Part shown: piece after piece, positions 1-14,500 of the stretch
How positions within the stretch are numbered: the first letter of the stretch is position 1
How the letters are laid out: every line of letters starts with the position of its first letter
Origin: Phoronis australis
Taxonomy: Eukaryota; Animalia; Phoronida
Assembly: GCA_002633005.1 (NCBI GenBank)
Contig: NMRA01000255.1
Coordinates: 228,062 to 292,061, forward strand
Direction of reading: 5' to 3'
Length of the DNA stretch: 64,000 nt
Translations under genes and position numbers: made by a program
The notes under the pieces: model-generated
Told to the model about the DNA's origin: nothing
Database searches by the model: none
What the model saw: the letters and a program-made list of their open reading frames with translations, nothing else

Positions 1-3000
1 TACTGGAAATGCGTCCTAAATATTCACATTTTAGGTCGCTTCATAAAAAAACTTGCTATCCTTGCCGTAAGAAAATATGACTTTCAAGAACATTAAAAAA
101 CCACAACATTTCCTAAAAGGGAAGCCTGAACTTTTTGGTTTTTGGTATATTTTCACTTAAAAGATATCAAAAGCTTTCGATGATAACCATCGGTTAGCAA
201 GGTTTATCCATAAGGACCATCGACCCTGTTCCACGAGGCATGGCAGGGTAGGTGGACCAGCTAATTTAGACGCATGAAAACACACGCCTGTACCAATCTT
301 GAGTTGTAGCAAAGAACCCTTCGCACGAGTCAACTGGTGTGCCGGGTAAATACAAGATGGAGTCCCCTGCGTGAATATTAACTTTTGTTCTTTGACGTAA
401 GTTTGTAATGTAAATTTTTCATATGCTGGTTCTCCCCTTTTGTTTCAAAACAACACGCGGGCGAGGCTAGGAGCACGAACAACTTTTCGTGCCCCTAATA
501 GTGAGGTTGGTGATATTTTCCGTGCCCCCAGCCTCTTCAGCGACATACACGCATGCCTTTGTAATGAACGTATAATGAGGTAAACAACATTCCAGCTTGC
601 CTCTATCTACTAGCGAGTCATCATATCAGTTCCTTGTTCCGAACGTCGGTTCCAAACACACGTACTAATTATCACACACCAATTCAATATTTGGAAGTTT
701 TTCATTGAATGAAAACGCGTAGTCTTTGCCACCCTCTATAAAGTACTGTTCATAACGTCATTGTGCCGTAACGATACCACTCGCTGCTCTCTGCGGCGAC
801 TTGAAGGCGGGCAACCAGCTAACGAGTATTCAATCAATTGTATTTACCTGATTTTTGGACATCAACACAGGAGCTTAGTTTAACATACAAAGACACTGTT
901 ACTTTTTCGCTTACTGAATTCCGATGTCCCTGTTCAGGTCCTGTGGTATTCCCATCTTTATGAATTACTGTCGATATTCGGCACAAATGGCAAAAACACG
1001 TGACTGATTAGAACACATTACGAAATTAATTCTTATTCACGGCCTGTTTTACGACGTTCCGCGATAGCTTTAGGCAAGCCCACAAATGTGTGGTGACAAT
1101 CAATTTACGTGTTAATTCAGAGCTCATCAATGGCACAATACGTAACGCACCTGTCGACAGTAAACAGGTCACAAATTGAAAGATTGAGTTTTATGACACC
1201 ATAAATAAAAATAAGCTTGATTATTCTTCTGTCCGTTTAATGTGATTCGGTGATCTATCAAATCACGGGATGCTCTGTCTAACCAAACTCGAGGAAATGT
1301 TACCGCTTCGGTCATGTGAAAAATGGGAACTAAAAAAAATGAATAATGTGTAATAACCAATTAAATTTCAATCGGTATAGTTAAAATAAACCTTTTTATC
1401 ACCTAGAAGTTCAAATTATTGATTGTGATTTGAAAAAAATCACAACTTGCATACAGTCGTACTTAAACTCTAAAGTGTTTTACTCATTTTATATCTGAGT
1501 CACGTGGTTTGCAGTTTTTATCAGAAAAATATCTCGAGATTGCGAATTCAATTACTGTTCAGAGAATGAGAGTGCGAGCACAGCTAGATGGGGAATTAAC
1601 GGCTTCGATTTCCCGAGTTCGATTTATTTTGGAATGCCAATCAAATTGTCCATCATTTGCGGTATTAGTATTTGCATACGTATGAATTGAGTTGGCGTAC
1701 AATGAAAGGCTTTTCGATTGAAGTTGGTCGCAATTCAAGAAACTCTGTTTTGAGACCGACATGATGGGCGGCCATTATATAGTTGTGAAAAACCGAACGA
1801 TATTGGTAAAGTACGCGCGCCGTTTAGTGAAAGCTGTCGCACACTGCTTGCAGCATTGAAGAGGGGCAACGGGAGAAAGCGAAGGCAGAACTGATAGACA
1901 ATAAATTACACATTTAGAAATTTTGTTGAATAAATACATTGTTTTCTGTTGCCCGAAAACGAGAAGTTTGAAATTGGATCAATTCAGTCGGCTTAGGCAG
2001 TAAATTGTCTGCATGCATGCGTTTGAGGCATCGACTCCACGCATGCGGATGTGTACATATTTATTAAACAAATACTTGAAAAAGTTGTAATACACATCAG
2101 AAGATTTTTGATTTTGAGATGTATGAAAATAAATTGAGCACTGAATAAACACACTTGTAATTAACTTTTCCACCATTGGTGAAATTATTTTTACATTATT
2201 AACTTCATTTTGAAACTCAAGAGATTATAGCACAAGAAACGTGTAATTAAAGGCAAATTCAAAGTAATTATAAAACACAAATATGGTCAATAAATGGATT
2301 CAGCGTTGGAACCTCGAGGAAAAAATAAAATTAAGTTACTGTTAATGAATTTATGAATTAAAAAATAGCTCCTTCGTCGCTGAATTGACTACGACACTTG
2401 AGCCTTTCAATGCCTCGAAAGAAATCGCTGAATGTAATCTTACAAGCCGGATAATTAAGAGGCAGTGAACTTTACAAAACTTTTATAGTGTAACCAAGAG
2501 GCCGATTTAACTGTAATAAGTGACACCACGTTAGCTTTATGTTGTTGTGTTGAGCCTTTGTTTTGGTCTGGCTTATTTCAAGACAAGCGTGGACAGAAAC
2601 TAACATAACGACGATATTCCACGAGTGTGAACGACTGGTTGCACGAGTGTTTAAATTGGTGGAATAAATTGACACTAAACTGCCTTAACCGCTGGACTAG
2701 TTAATGACTTGAAACAACAAGATGCCTAGCTTAACTCTCAACTACTCTCTCAAGCAAATAATGAGGAATTAGTAAAAGTCACTTACAGAGGCCCCGCATT
2801 TTGAGCACTAGTATTGTCCACTAAATAACGGGCATCACACTGGCTCACAATATCCGGGACCTCTGTAAGTGACTCTTGCCATCTTCCGAAGTTTTCTAAC
2901 ACAGTACAATAGGATCATGACCACGTGATTCAAAATTAAAAAACAGGTTATAATGTCAGATCTTCAAATTACTCTCAACACTTTCTCTTATTGTTTCAGT

Positions 3001-3959
3001 TCCATGTCCCACCAGGGTGCCAAACTATGGAAGGGATTTCCTACCACTGGTCATGTAAAACACACTTGTAGTTTAAATAGTAGGCACTGTAAATATTATG
3101 TTAACCACGTGGTCTGTTCCATCGGTTTTTAACTATATCATATCTATGCGGATTTTCCTTTAAATCTGTATGCATACAGATGTTCTAATTTCTTTTCAAC
3201 TCACTAACTACTATTTGCTTGTTGTTCACCGATAAGGCTAGAAATAAAATATGCCATGGTTAATTATTTAGAATTCTGCTGAATACATAAAATTTGGATG
3301 TAATGACGTTTATCCTCCGCTAACCTTTATTTCTGAGTTTTTAAATTACACATTATTTCTTGTCAACACCAGAAATAATTTGCTCTTCAAAAACAATATC
3401 ATTTAATTCCAAATCGTGTTGAACGCACCAGAAATATTTGAGAGAGAATGGTTTTCATGTGGTTTTATTTTACATTATCTTATAATAAATTAATATTCAG
3501 AGCATGAAACATTTTCTCAGATGAATAACAAAAGCAAATAAAAATCTGATCTACGGCGTGCTAAACAAGTTGCCTCGCGTTTAGTCAGCCACCCCGTCTA
3601 ACAAAAATTCCAGCGAGGCGACTATGGCGGAAATTGCACGAAGTTGTATATATAGAATCCTTACTAGGCGTTTTGTACCCACGTGTTTAAATATAACACA
3701 ATTTTAAAGATTTAATCACTTATTATTTAAGTCGAGTGTGTACCTATCAAACAAGAGTACCATTCTACAATGTAGACAAGTGGTTGAGGGGATTTTCTCG
3801 CTTGTAAGTTGAGCAACATGTAATCGAATTACCACTTTCACGGCCATTCCGAGTTAATATTGTTTAAAGTTGTCCTTAGTCAAGTGCTCTATATGTGCTT
3901 TTCAACTCATACCACTCTCAAGCAATTCGTTTTTATTTCAGTTTGAATCAACGGCTTAC

Positions 3960-4004
3960 CTTTTTGCAATAAATCTCCGTTATCCGCCCATTCCTCTGAA
4001 GAAT
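3960..4004 (-). other. Putative 45-nt internal exon
   Basis: ttaacag|...AAG|GTAAGC; open in two frames (ILQRNGRITEIYCKK or SSEEWADNGDLLQK). Confidence 0.3.
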
Positions 4005-6038
4005 CTGTTAAATTTGCACATGCGCTAAATTGTGCGTGTTCCCGTTGCACGGTTGTGACTAGTTTTACGCCGAACACGCTGGCCTTAGGATAAGCTTAAT
4101 TAATCACGCACCGGGAGGTCGACCCAGGTAGTAATTCTCGGGTCCAGGTGAACTGAATCTGCGCACCGTCCTGCGGCGTATGAGTTCTTATAACGAAAGA
4201 ACACTCCTTAGAGGATTACATTCACCGAGAAAGACTAAACTTTACCCCTAAGCTCGGATCCGACCTCAGCTGTGCTCCAGGACCACAACATCTCTCAACC
4301 AATGTTCACGGACCATCATATCTGACTTCGAATGACTTACAAATAGGGCGGACGGATACACCCCATTACATTCTTGTTGAGAAAAATTACTCCGCGATGA
4401 CTTAAGCAAACTTTTCAAATTGGACAAAGTCAACCCTCAGACCACTAATCGAACCGCTGGAATTCTCAGAAGTGATGCGAATCAAGTTCCTCTGTGATGT
4501 TAGCTCTGAGCTCCCTAGAAGACTGTTTTTGGCATTCCAAAGACTAAAATTCGATGGTGAATTGACGATCGTTGTCAGCGTAGACTACACGGTAGAATTC
4601 GAGTTATCTGTCTAGTGTCTAGCAAACCACGCAAGCAAACAGAGGTAGTGCAAAAGATGGTACACGCTGATAATAGAATTATGTATTGGTCTCTGTGTGC
4701 GGTTTCAGGTAAACAATTTGTAGCTGAACAGGCAGTTGTAGATGTGCTCCGGAACCCAAGGCTGAATGATCCCCGCTGCTTACTGACACCGTGAAACTAG
4801 GTTGGTCTGTGTTCAGGACAGCGCCGAACACGATGGGTATTTTGTCCAAGCAATGGTTAAAAATCAGGGTGTTGTAAATATCGTGCGGGTCTTCCAAAAA
4901 GTCTGTCTTAGCTTTTGTTTGTATTTAAAACGATATGTTTAACAGGATAGTCAATTTTAGGAGTTAACAATCAATAAAACTGTCTTGTCAATCAATCAAA
5001 CAAACACGTCACGGACTCGTCGCTCATTGGTTGGTTTACTATTAACCGAGTAGGTTCTCAATGTTCGCCCGTCACTCACCACTTCAGAGAACAAAGGTGG
5101 GCTGTTTCGTTTACTTTATAAAAACATAGTAGCGTCATCTCCCAAGTCTTTCCAACAATGGCTGGTTTTGACATTCAGTATATCATGCGGACCTCCGACC
5201 ATGATTTCCACTGTTTCCCTCTGAAGAATTTCCCTGAACGTGTCACACGTGACGAAATCGACCAATAAAAGAATGGCTTGCCATCCAGACGACTGACAAA
5301 TACCAGAATACACAGTTTGTTTTTTAAACAGCTTGATTGACGGGAATTCCGGCATTGTTCATTGATCTTATTTATATGAGCTGAAGATAAATACCCGATC
5401 AATTACTGCAGTTAGAGATGTCTGACTTCTTCTGAGCCTTTAGTTGTTTTAAGACTTCTCAATTCATAAACAAGATAAACACGACAGTTACCGTTGCTAA
5501 TTACCTGCGCACTAGATATTTGCGGATGAACATATTCCTGGTGGCATCAAAATTATAATTTATTGTCTTTAATGTCTATAAAATTGTCGAGAAAAGTTTT
5601 GCAATGGATGTCCCACCTTGTATCTCCTAATAGTTTGCCGGCGAAATTTGTTTGCATCTTATTTATTGAAAACATGAAGAAACGAAATGTATTAATTTCA
5701 TCTCAATTCAAACATGACTTACATGTTGTCAGTGTGCGAATATTTGGAACATTGTGGAGTCATAGATTCAAGTAGTTGTCTTTTAATTGGCGATGGATGG
5801 GTAACAAGCCACTAGTCAAGTTTATGGGCTTTTGACAAATTTAACACCGATATAGATAAAATATGACCACTCGGATCGTGTTGAGCCGTTGTCCTATGAG
5901 ATCACTGATGTAAAAGTAAGTACTTACGTATAATGGACGGGCTATAACGTATAAGTTGTAAACGTTACTAATACAGGAGTCATGCTTGCCGCTCTGAGCC
6001 CGCACTTGGACTTTCATCTGGGCAATATCGTACTCAAA

Positions 6039-6326
6039 GCTTGCGCGCACCCAGGGCGGGGGGGCCTCGGGGGGCTCGAAGGAGCCCCCATTTGGCGAAG
6101 TGAGCAAAAAAGTCCGCCTCAGGGAAACAAAAAGTCCGAAAAAGTAGATAATGAGACAAAAGTCCACTATAAAGGCAGGAATTCAGCGAATGCACAGTTT
6201 ATAGCTCTGAACGTACCCCGTTTTTAGTAAAAGGTACACATTCTCAAAACCGTTTTTTTTTGGTAAAAGGTACACATTCTAAAAAATTCGAGCCCCCCCC
6301 TATTTTTAGGCTGGGTGCACGCATGC
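6039..6326. mobile_element. MITE with ~17-bp TIR (GCTTGCGCGCACCCAGG / GCTGGGTGCACGCATGC) and G/C-run subtermini
   Basis: TIR matches 14/17; a second, 5'-truncated diverged copy lies at 19074-19291. Confidence 0.75.
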
Positions 6327-8149
6327 AAAATTGATATCATTGATGATAGACGTGGTCAGATTCTATTCCGCTCAACACTACACATGGCGGTCTTGGTAGT
6401 ATTCACGAAGCCACCATTGTAATACCTCATTGCAGCAAGATTTATTTTAGCTGCTTCTGTCATTTCAGTAAACATGGCGCTAATGTGACTTTTTGCACGC
6501 AACAATATTGAGATTTATGTTTTGAAATGGTCCCGATAGTGTAACTTTTAAAGCCAAATATGTTGTGGTGGACCATAATAAGCTTTTCTCAATTAACACG
6601 ATAACAGAAGGGGGTCCAGGTGTTTCTGTGACGACGATAAACGGCGACAGGGCACTGAAATTAATCAAAAGTCGTTCTGTGAATAGAGTTGTCATGCGAA
6701 GTGATTTTAGTAAGCATTTATCGACTGGTTGAAGAAAGCTATCTGTGTGGCGAGTGTTGAACATCTATTGGCTCTTATCATAACTTGGACTATTCCTCGG
6801 TGTGAAATTATCGTTGGATTGCTATTTGTGTAAACACTTGGTGACGATTTTTGACACCTGCGGACCTGATAAGACTATCGCTTGCAACTACTCGACCAAG
6901 CGGTTTTGATTTGCCGCCCTGCACCTGTGAGGGATGGTATATTTATGTCGGGCGATCTGGATCGCTGCTCCGGGCGACCTGAGCCTAGATTTTTAGGACT
7001 AACTAAGCGTGTCGCAGGCGCGTGCTTCCTCGATAAAGAGGCTCGATTTCCAGATGGTTATATTTTTAAGTAACGTACACCTGTCACGTGCAACAGTTAA
7101 TTTGCAAAATGTAAGTTAGATTGAAATCTTTATAGAATTGTAAAAATACATTTTTGAAAATATTCGTCTCTCCTTAAATTATTTTTAGTTGAGCCATAAA
7201 ATTCTTAAAGAAGATTTCTTTACGCATGTTTAATTTGCTGTCTAGATTCAATTTACTGTTTTTATTTTGCGAGAGTGTGAGACTTTACAAAGTTCACATT
7301 GCATTAACAACTTCTCTTTGTCCTCAAAGAATGTTGAATTCAGTCTTTATTATATTCATGGATCAAATTTTCCAATGGCTAAACACGCCGCGTTTAAACA
7401 GTTTATAAGTCAATGGCATATCTTTTTGGCAAATAAGTATATTTCACAAGACACCGTGCATTATGGGTAAACTTATGGAATATACTTGAGCTGCATTTAA
7501 AGTTGCTTTGAAAGAATAAACTCACTGAAGATTTCTGTTAATTGAACAATATTTACAATTTTCATTTCCAATCGAAACCTGAACTGTTTTAGTTTGTACA
7601 AGGGATTTCCAAAATAAATCCGTTCTGATTTTAATGGAATTACCAGGATAATGGTGTAATGCAATAAACCATGTGAATGGAATGGGACAGAGAGAAAAAA
7701 GTTTAGGGTTTCTCCGGTCTGTTTATCGCGCTTTTATCAGCTGAGGCGGACGGGATTTGTTCAAACTGTAGATCATGGACTTGTGGTGTAATACCTCGTC
7801 TCATTTGTATGCATTGGAAACTGTTTGGGGTTTTGATAGGCTCTGTTAATACAATTGCATTTTGAGTACCGTTATTGTTATACTTTTAAGCATTAATTGC
7901 GGCGTGCACAACATTAAAATAGGGCACACTTGATTTACTTCGCATCTGGTTCTCCTGGTCAGAGCATCTGATTTGTTCTCAATGACGACATCCGGCTTTT
8001 AAACCCATAGCACTTCTTAGCCGGCTGTGTAGCCACAGTGAAATAATACGGCGCCTCATAGTAACACCTTTCCAAATTCCGTAGTAAAGACAAATCACTT
8101 GTGGAACAAAAGTAAAAATACGAAAGGATTACCGCGGAAAATTGGGCTA

Positions 8150-8191
<42 letters not shown>

Positions 8192-8228
8192 ATTATTTTT
8201 GTTGTTATTATCATTATCATTATCATTA
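8150..8228. repeat. (ATT)n microsatellite, degenerating into ATC/GTT variants
   Basis: About 13 perfect ATT units followed by imperfect units. Confidence 0.95.
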
Positions 8229-9939
8229 CTGTCAGAACAGCAATTTTATTAGTGTTTTGTCTTGAAATCCTGTGTACTGCCCTGCTGTCTACTGGGGTTG
8301 ATCACGGTATTGCGTATTTCCCTCCTCATTACATTGCATTTAAAGCCAAGTCTCCAGGTACATTAATACAACGATACGTAACTCAAATACCCTGAACACA
8401 CTTTCCACACGGGTTTGTTTGGTCAAGAGTTGTAACCCCCCTTTCTTCTTCTCGTGTCAACACGGGCTCACTCGAGGACCTGTTCTTTCCGTAACTGCGC
8501 TTATATATATAAAACATTAGCTGCCGAGGGGACTACTTCAGCGATCGATACGCAAATGTCCTAAACAAATTTATACAGTACCAATTCCATTAAATACACG
8601 ATCCAATCCAGATAACGGAGCGTTTGATCTGCTTTCAGATATTCCGTTACGGTAATAAGACATACCCCCTTGACCAACCATTGAGTGGGACCGTTGCAAA
8701 GGGTTACGTAATAAATGTAGTTTTGAATGATTCAATTTTCGTCTGTTACACCTATTTAATGATACAAAACTCCCCTGCCCCCGCTCGGCTCGGCTATGCC
8801 AGCGCACAAATTTCTTCTCTCATACACGCCATTCCTCTCGTGGTCGCATATTCTCCTCCCCAACCTTTCGTGTCTCACAAACATATTTTTTGCTAGGGCT
8901 TAGACCGACCCTGCCCTAATACATTATTTCTTGCCCACAAAAGCACCCCCNACATTCCCGCCATTTTTCGTCAATCATATTTAAACAGAATCACTTCACA
9001 ATCACTAAAAAAATGAAAGCAGAAACAAATCAACTATTTATATATTGATAATGTTTGTTAAGGACACAGTAAAAATATTATTGAACTCACTTTGGGCTCA
9101 GTAATGCCACATGTGTCTTGGTTCTGTATGCCGTGAACACGAGTATTCATTTGACAAAATATCAATTATGATTTCAATGAAAGTTGATGAAATTGATAAC
9201 ATCCACAGTTAGTAGTGAAAAGGATAATTTCTGTTTGACTGTACGATATTCAAATTAGTTATTGCAAAAACTTGAAATAGTAACCCTGAGCGGTTAACAC
9301 CACAATAATCCAGCAGCTGGAACGACGAATTTGTTCGTGAGCGAGAAACTAGCACTGCGAGTAGAAACTGAATGTGTGTGAGCAGTGTTCTGTGCACGAG
9401 CAAAGAAAGATATCAGTGGGTCGCGAAAATGATGCTGGAGATTATGCACCTCTGAGAGTGGAATAGCGTGGGTGAGAGAAGAATTTTGTGGGAACGCAGA
9501 CCCGAGCCTCGCGATAACTTAGGGAAGTCTGGGTACCCTGATATTTACAGGTGGAGCGTCATAGTTAGTTTGTAAAAATACAGGAATCAGCGTTTAATGT
9601 TGAGAAGATGACCATTAGACAATTAGTGCAACTTCTTGGATGTTAAAATCACAAAACTTCCAATAACTACGACTTGTACATTCTCTACTATTTTGACTAT
9701 GTGTACGATTCTGTAATTCATTATCATGCACATTTTTATAACATCCAATCCTGTTTTGTACAACATTTTCCAAAAAAACTGCCTTATATTAAATCAGTGA
9801 TACTACATTCTTTTAGTAATTTAAAAATTTTGAAAGTTTTCACATCGCAGCTGGAGTATGAAGATTTAATTGTTGAATTATTTCAGAAATAAGTTAACCC
9901 ACCCTGATAATATAATGCCCAGACAGAAGTCGAACTTAC

Positions 9940-10130
9940 CTGAGCTCGCGCGTGTTAGTCCAATCTCTTCTCACCTCAATTGATAAATCAACTAACACCC
10001 AATGTTTTAATATCAGTTAAGGTGTTTTGGCCAACGAAGAGGCATAGATGCAGGTGCAGCGACAAACCACTGCGTGTTTGAAGTTGGTAGGGCACAAAGA
10101 GAGAAAATGTGTTCAGTCGTGTGCATCGAG
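9940..10130 (-). other. Putative non-coding (alternative first) exon of a minus-strand gene
   Basis: Perfect consensus donor CAG|GTAAGT at 9939-9934, relatively GC-rich segment, CCAAT on the minus strand at ~10140. The 5' end is approximate. Confidence 0.35.
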
Positions 10131-11219
10131 CGAAATCATTGGCACAGCGGGTGTTTTGTATGCTGCGCAGTAAAAGTCACCGTTGCCCTGTTGAACAACA
10201 CGCTCAGTGATTAGCGTGGAATGGTAATAGAAACGGCAAATCAATTATAAAATCAAGATGTTAAAATTTAATATAGTCTTAATTAATCAAAGTGTAGATA
10301 TTAGTTTGCGGATTGACAAATTAGTCACTTTATACAGCGAGGAAATCTGAAAGTGGGCCGGCGAAATTGTTTTTCACACCTGCAAATGTGTGATTGATGA
10401 ATTTACTAAAATTGAATAACTTTATCTAGTGGAGCGTTATGCCATATTCTGTTGTTTGGAACAACGTAGTCGACTATTTCCATCTCTCACGACATTTTGA
10501 ACAATTAGAAAGTTATTTGAATCCATTAAATTACTTCAGTTCGTGTTCAGGTTGTAAGGATTCATTGTCATAGACATAATTGGGCAGGTGTCTTATTCTA
10601 TTTTATATTTTGTGCTCTATTTATTATTTTAAGAAACTAGTGTTGTAAAAACTACAACTGGTAGCAAAACTTGTTTCAACTCTACTTCAGAGAAGATTTG
10701 ATAAAAAACCCCACCCCACGATCGTCCTTGTTCCATCCTCCACCGCGCTGCCCATAGACATGGTAATGCTGATGTGATGTCTAAGGCGCTGCCGGCCTCG
10801 AGCCAGCCGAAAATGCAGTCACCTTGCATTGATTTCCTTATTTGGTAAGTCACGTGAATTGACTGCCTGATAGGTGTCGCATCAGTCTGCTCATTTACTG
10901 AGAGCCGTAGAACTTCATCAATTTCAATACCATGCTACGAAGTAGCATCAACGCAGCCTATACGCGGATATACGACTACTCGGTTCCAGGTTGATCTTGC
11001 TTCGATGACATTAAAAACCATGAAACATGACACAAGTTCTAAATTTCGCTTCAGTGTGAGAAGCCACCGTGAAAAGTGTAGATTATTTGTAGGACCTTGT
11101 GAGCATTTGTGTGTATGAGCCAAATATCTACAAACTTTAGCTTTTGATTTGGTAAAAGTATTCTGAAGAATTTGATTTTTGCTTTTTACTATTCTGGCAC
11201 TAACTGGTTCAAGCGACCG

Positions 11220-11520
11220 TGTCTTTTTAATAAAATTTAGCAAAAAGAAAGGTACATTGATAGCAAAACAACCGAATTAACAACACAGACAAATTTCCCT
11301 TCTATTAAATGATAAAGATTTTACCTCAGAAAACGCTGTTACAGTTTCCGAAAATATTAAAAAATTTCATGAAAATCATAAAAGTCCTATTTTAGTAACA
11401 CCTCATGCAAAAGCATAACTGGTCGCTTTAGAGACCATTGGATGGGCATAGTATCTGGAAATTTCAAATTAATTCGATCTGTCATTTCTGAGATACGATG
11501 TTCCGAAGCTAACAAATTTT
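11220..11520. mobile_element. Old dispersed repeat (DNA-transposon-like), related to 16740-17070
   Basis: Collinear shared blocks aaaggt(a/c)cattgatagcaaa, aaaacgc(t/a)gt(t/c)a(c/t)agtttcc and gcatagt(a/g)t(c/t)tg. Boundaries are approximate. Confidence 0.5.
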
Positions 11521-14500
11521 GGCCGTTTTTCTAGGCATCTACATATGCTAAGTTCTCTACCTGCCACAACTACCGGCTGTTGTTTCGGAAGCCAGGGTGG
11601 TCACTGTATTGTTTGTTCATCCACAGTCTGTCTGATTGTTTTGAGATCATGCCTTTTGTATTTCAATTTCATGGTATCGTTTAGAAAAACATAATAACCG
11701 CAGCCATGTTTGATGCTCTAATGACGTCACAACCGCAATTCATTACGTTGTAAAACGTAATTGTCTTGGCGAATTATGTAATACACAAATGGAAACTACA
11801 AAAAGGTTTTGTTACTTTACCGACTCACGAGAACAACGCTGTGTCATGGTTGGGATTTGGAACAGAATCAGTGTCAAATTATTGTAGCAGTCAAATATTT
11901 GCATTTCTTTGTCACCTATCTCTAAAAGAACTGTGTTCTTTACGTCATTCGAAACATCCCATACAATGATTTAAAGATTAAGACAATATTTGACATTCCA
12001 GGACTGTACGAGCGTTCAAATCCCCCCTGCCAAGTAGCCAGGACGGATATAGAGATTTGGATAATAACATTGTGTTTTGTTGTGAGCTCTGTGCATCTTT
12101 TGCGCTTCCGTTACGCTAATGCGTGGTAGTTTCCGTGCAGCTATAACAGGCCATAAGCATTTCAGAACAATGGGATAGTGGGTTCCCATACTCTTGTGGA
12201 CCAATTATTGACAACACTCAGGTGTTCTTCCTTCTGGATTCTTTGCCAAAACACACCTTCGCCTCAAGACTGTTACCTGTAACAATTTTTGAAAAATAAC
12301 CATGAATTTTTGAATTTGTAACAGTCTTGTACGTAACATCGTACAACCGCTACATTGTCAAAGAGAGCCGCCGGAAAGCCCGTACCTCGAACGCCGAGTG
12401 GGACAAGACAAACATAATACCACCCAAAACAAACATTGGTTCACGTTCCTTTCACCATTGTCATCTACTGTTTCGATTACTTTGTCGAAACTGTGAATAC
12501 ACTTATTTATAATACACAAATTACGCGGTCATACAATACTCAAGAGTGTGTTTTATGCCAATATTTTCTTTACCCGATTATCCTTGATACGCTTTTGCAT
12601 AACACCGCCTTGTGATCACCGCCTTTAGGTGAAATTCGATTGATGTTTTAATTAAAGTCGATCTCGTTACGCAATGAGCGGTAATTGAATCTGGTTTTAC
12701 ATTCATCTTCCACCACGTGTCACTTACAACATGGTCTCACTACATCACTGTTCCGCATTCTTGGCGACAGTCATCATCTATAGTATTGGTTATGCAATTA
12801 ATTGTTCAATTTGTTGGGAAACGTTTGTTGCACCTTTGACTGGTTACTAAAAATCTTAAGCCGCTTTTGTGGAATACTGTGCATAAGTAGAAATAAACGT
12901 GTTTACAAGTTGGCGTTGGATTATAATACACGATTAACTGGAACGACAAATTTAACACTGCAAAAACACGGGATTATATTTTAACCAAACAGCGGTTTAT
13001 ACCGATCAAAGTTTGTTGTAAGTTTGAATTGCTATCCATCTGAGAAAAAAAATCACTCGTTCAAGTGTGTTGGCGAATACGGTTCGAGCAAAAACTTATC
13101 AGGTAATACGTCACCTTGTTTTGACGCCGAGCTGTCTAGCATTTTCACGAAAGTCACCTTGTTACAGCGATACGGCGATCCCAAGGTCTGCTAAAATGTA
13201 AACGGGTTAAGAATGCGCAGGCCACCTGCAATAGTCAGACAATATGCTAGACTCCTGGAGAATAAAAACCTCATTGCCGAATTTGCTTTCTGCTTTTCTA
13301 ATCAAAACGCACACTCGCCCAGGTGTCCCATTGCTATAGCAGGTCACACCCCAGTGCATTTAAAGATCGAATATGAAATCCATTGCTTTGCAAGAAATAC
13401 AACGCAGTGGGGTTACAGCATAAACACGCATTTACCCAGCGTTCAGAGGATGGTACGAATATAGTTTCCATGCGTTATTATTTACGTATAGACCTGTTCG
13501 ACTACGGTGACATATGTCACCGTAGTCAAACAGATTTATACACAGTGTGTGCGAAAGTATCCACAAAATAAAATGTCTGAATTTTGACTCATCTGAAAGT
13601 TAAATTCTTTGGATTATCAGAAAAAATGTACATGTATATATGTTGGGGGGTGCTTTTTTGGGGGGGGGGGTTCCAGCGTACATCGGAGAAAGTGAACTTT
13701 CTTATGAATTTTGAGTACCTCAAATTTGCGTTTGCCTTCTACAGAAAAATTAACGTCTTTATTTTTTCGTTCATGTTCCATTTTGATACTCATGGTGTTC
13801 GTGATGAAATAAGAAAAATAGGGGGCTTCGGTAAGTGTTTGGAGTTATTTTAGCTTAAACAGCGTCACTTGTCCTTCGGCAAACCACATCAATTTCAAGA
13901 TTACGATTAACCCGCTGCACTTCACAAAATGTCGATTATGTTATGATGTTTGGATTGTGGACAACTAATTTAAGGTGAGAAGTTGCTTCTGGAATGAATT
14001 CGAATTTACCATTTGAGTTAAAGATTCTCTTTCCTTTACAATCAACCAATTTAGAAAACAGGATGAGTTTCGACAGTCGAAAGATCTCTATAAAATGTAA
14101 CATTTCAGCCCCGTTTGTGTTTGCTTTATTTTGTTGCTGCATCATTGAAAGTGGTTCTCTGCCTCGGAAACACTGAAGTCAAACTGTTCACCAAATCTTT
14201 TCACGGTTTCTTCGTAAACATTTTGAATTTCTGTTGATGTCAAAGCATTTTCGATTAGTTTCAAATTTCAAGAAAACTAGCTGTCAATCATTACTTTGTC
14301 GTCTTTCCTTCCTCAAGGCATAGCAGGTCTGGCAAGACACAAACGTAGCACATTTCCCTTATATGGAAAATGTGACCTTTGACCTTATGTTTACTGAGGA
14401 AATTCATCGAGCGCATGCGCGCATATATATTATTAAGGGCAGAGAATTTGAAAACTATTATGGCACGAAAGAGTTTATATTTCGTCTGTTACACAAATAA

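Noticed and set aside
5841-6227. Overlapping 108-aa and 81-aa ORFs
   Set aside because: They arise from the GC-rich MITE at 6039-6326 and have no protein features.
6931-6990. GGATG...GCGATCTGG resembling the 7SK RNA 5' motif
   Set aside because: The GATC pair closes a 2-nt loop immediately, and there is no 7SK-like extended stem or recognisable 3' hairpin.
8099-8395. 98-aa ORF with a poly-Ile 'transmembrane' stretch
   Set aside because: It is simply the translation of an (ATT)n microsatellite.
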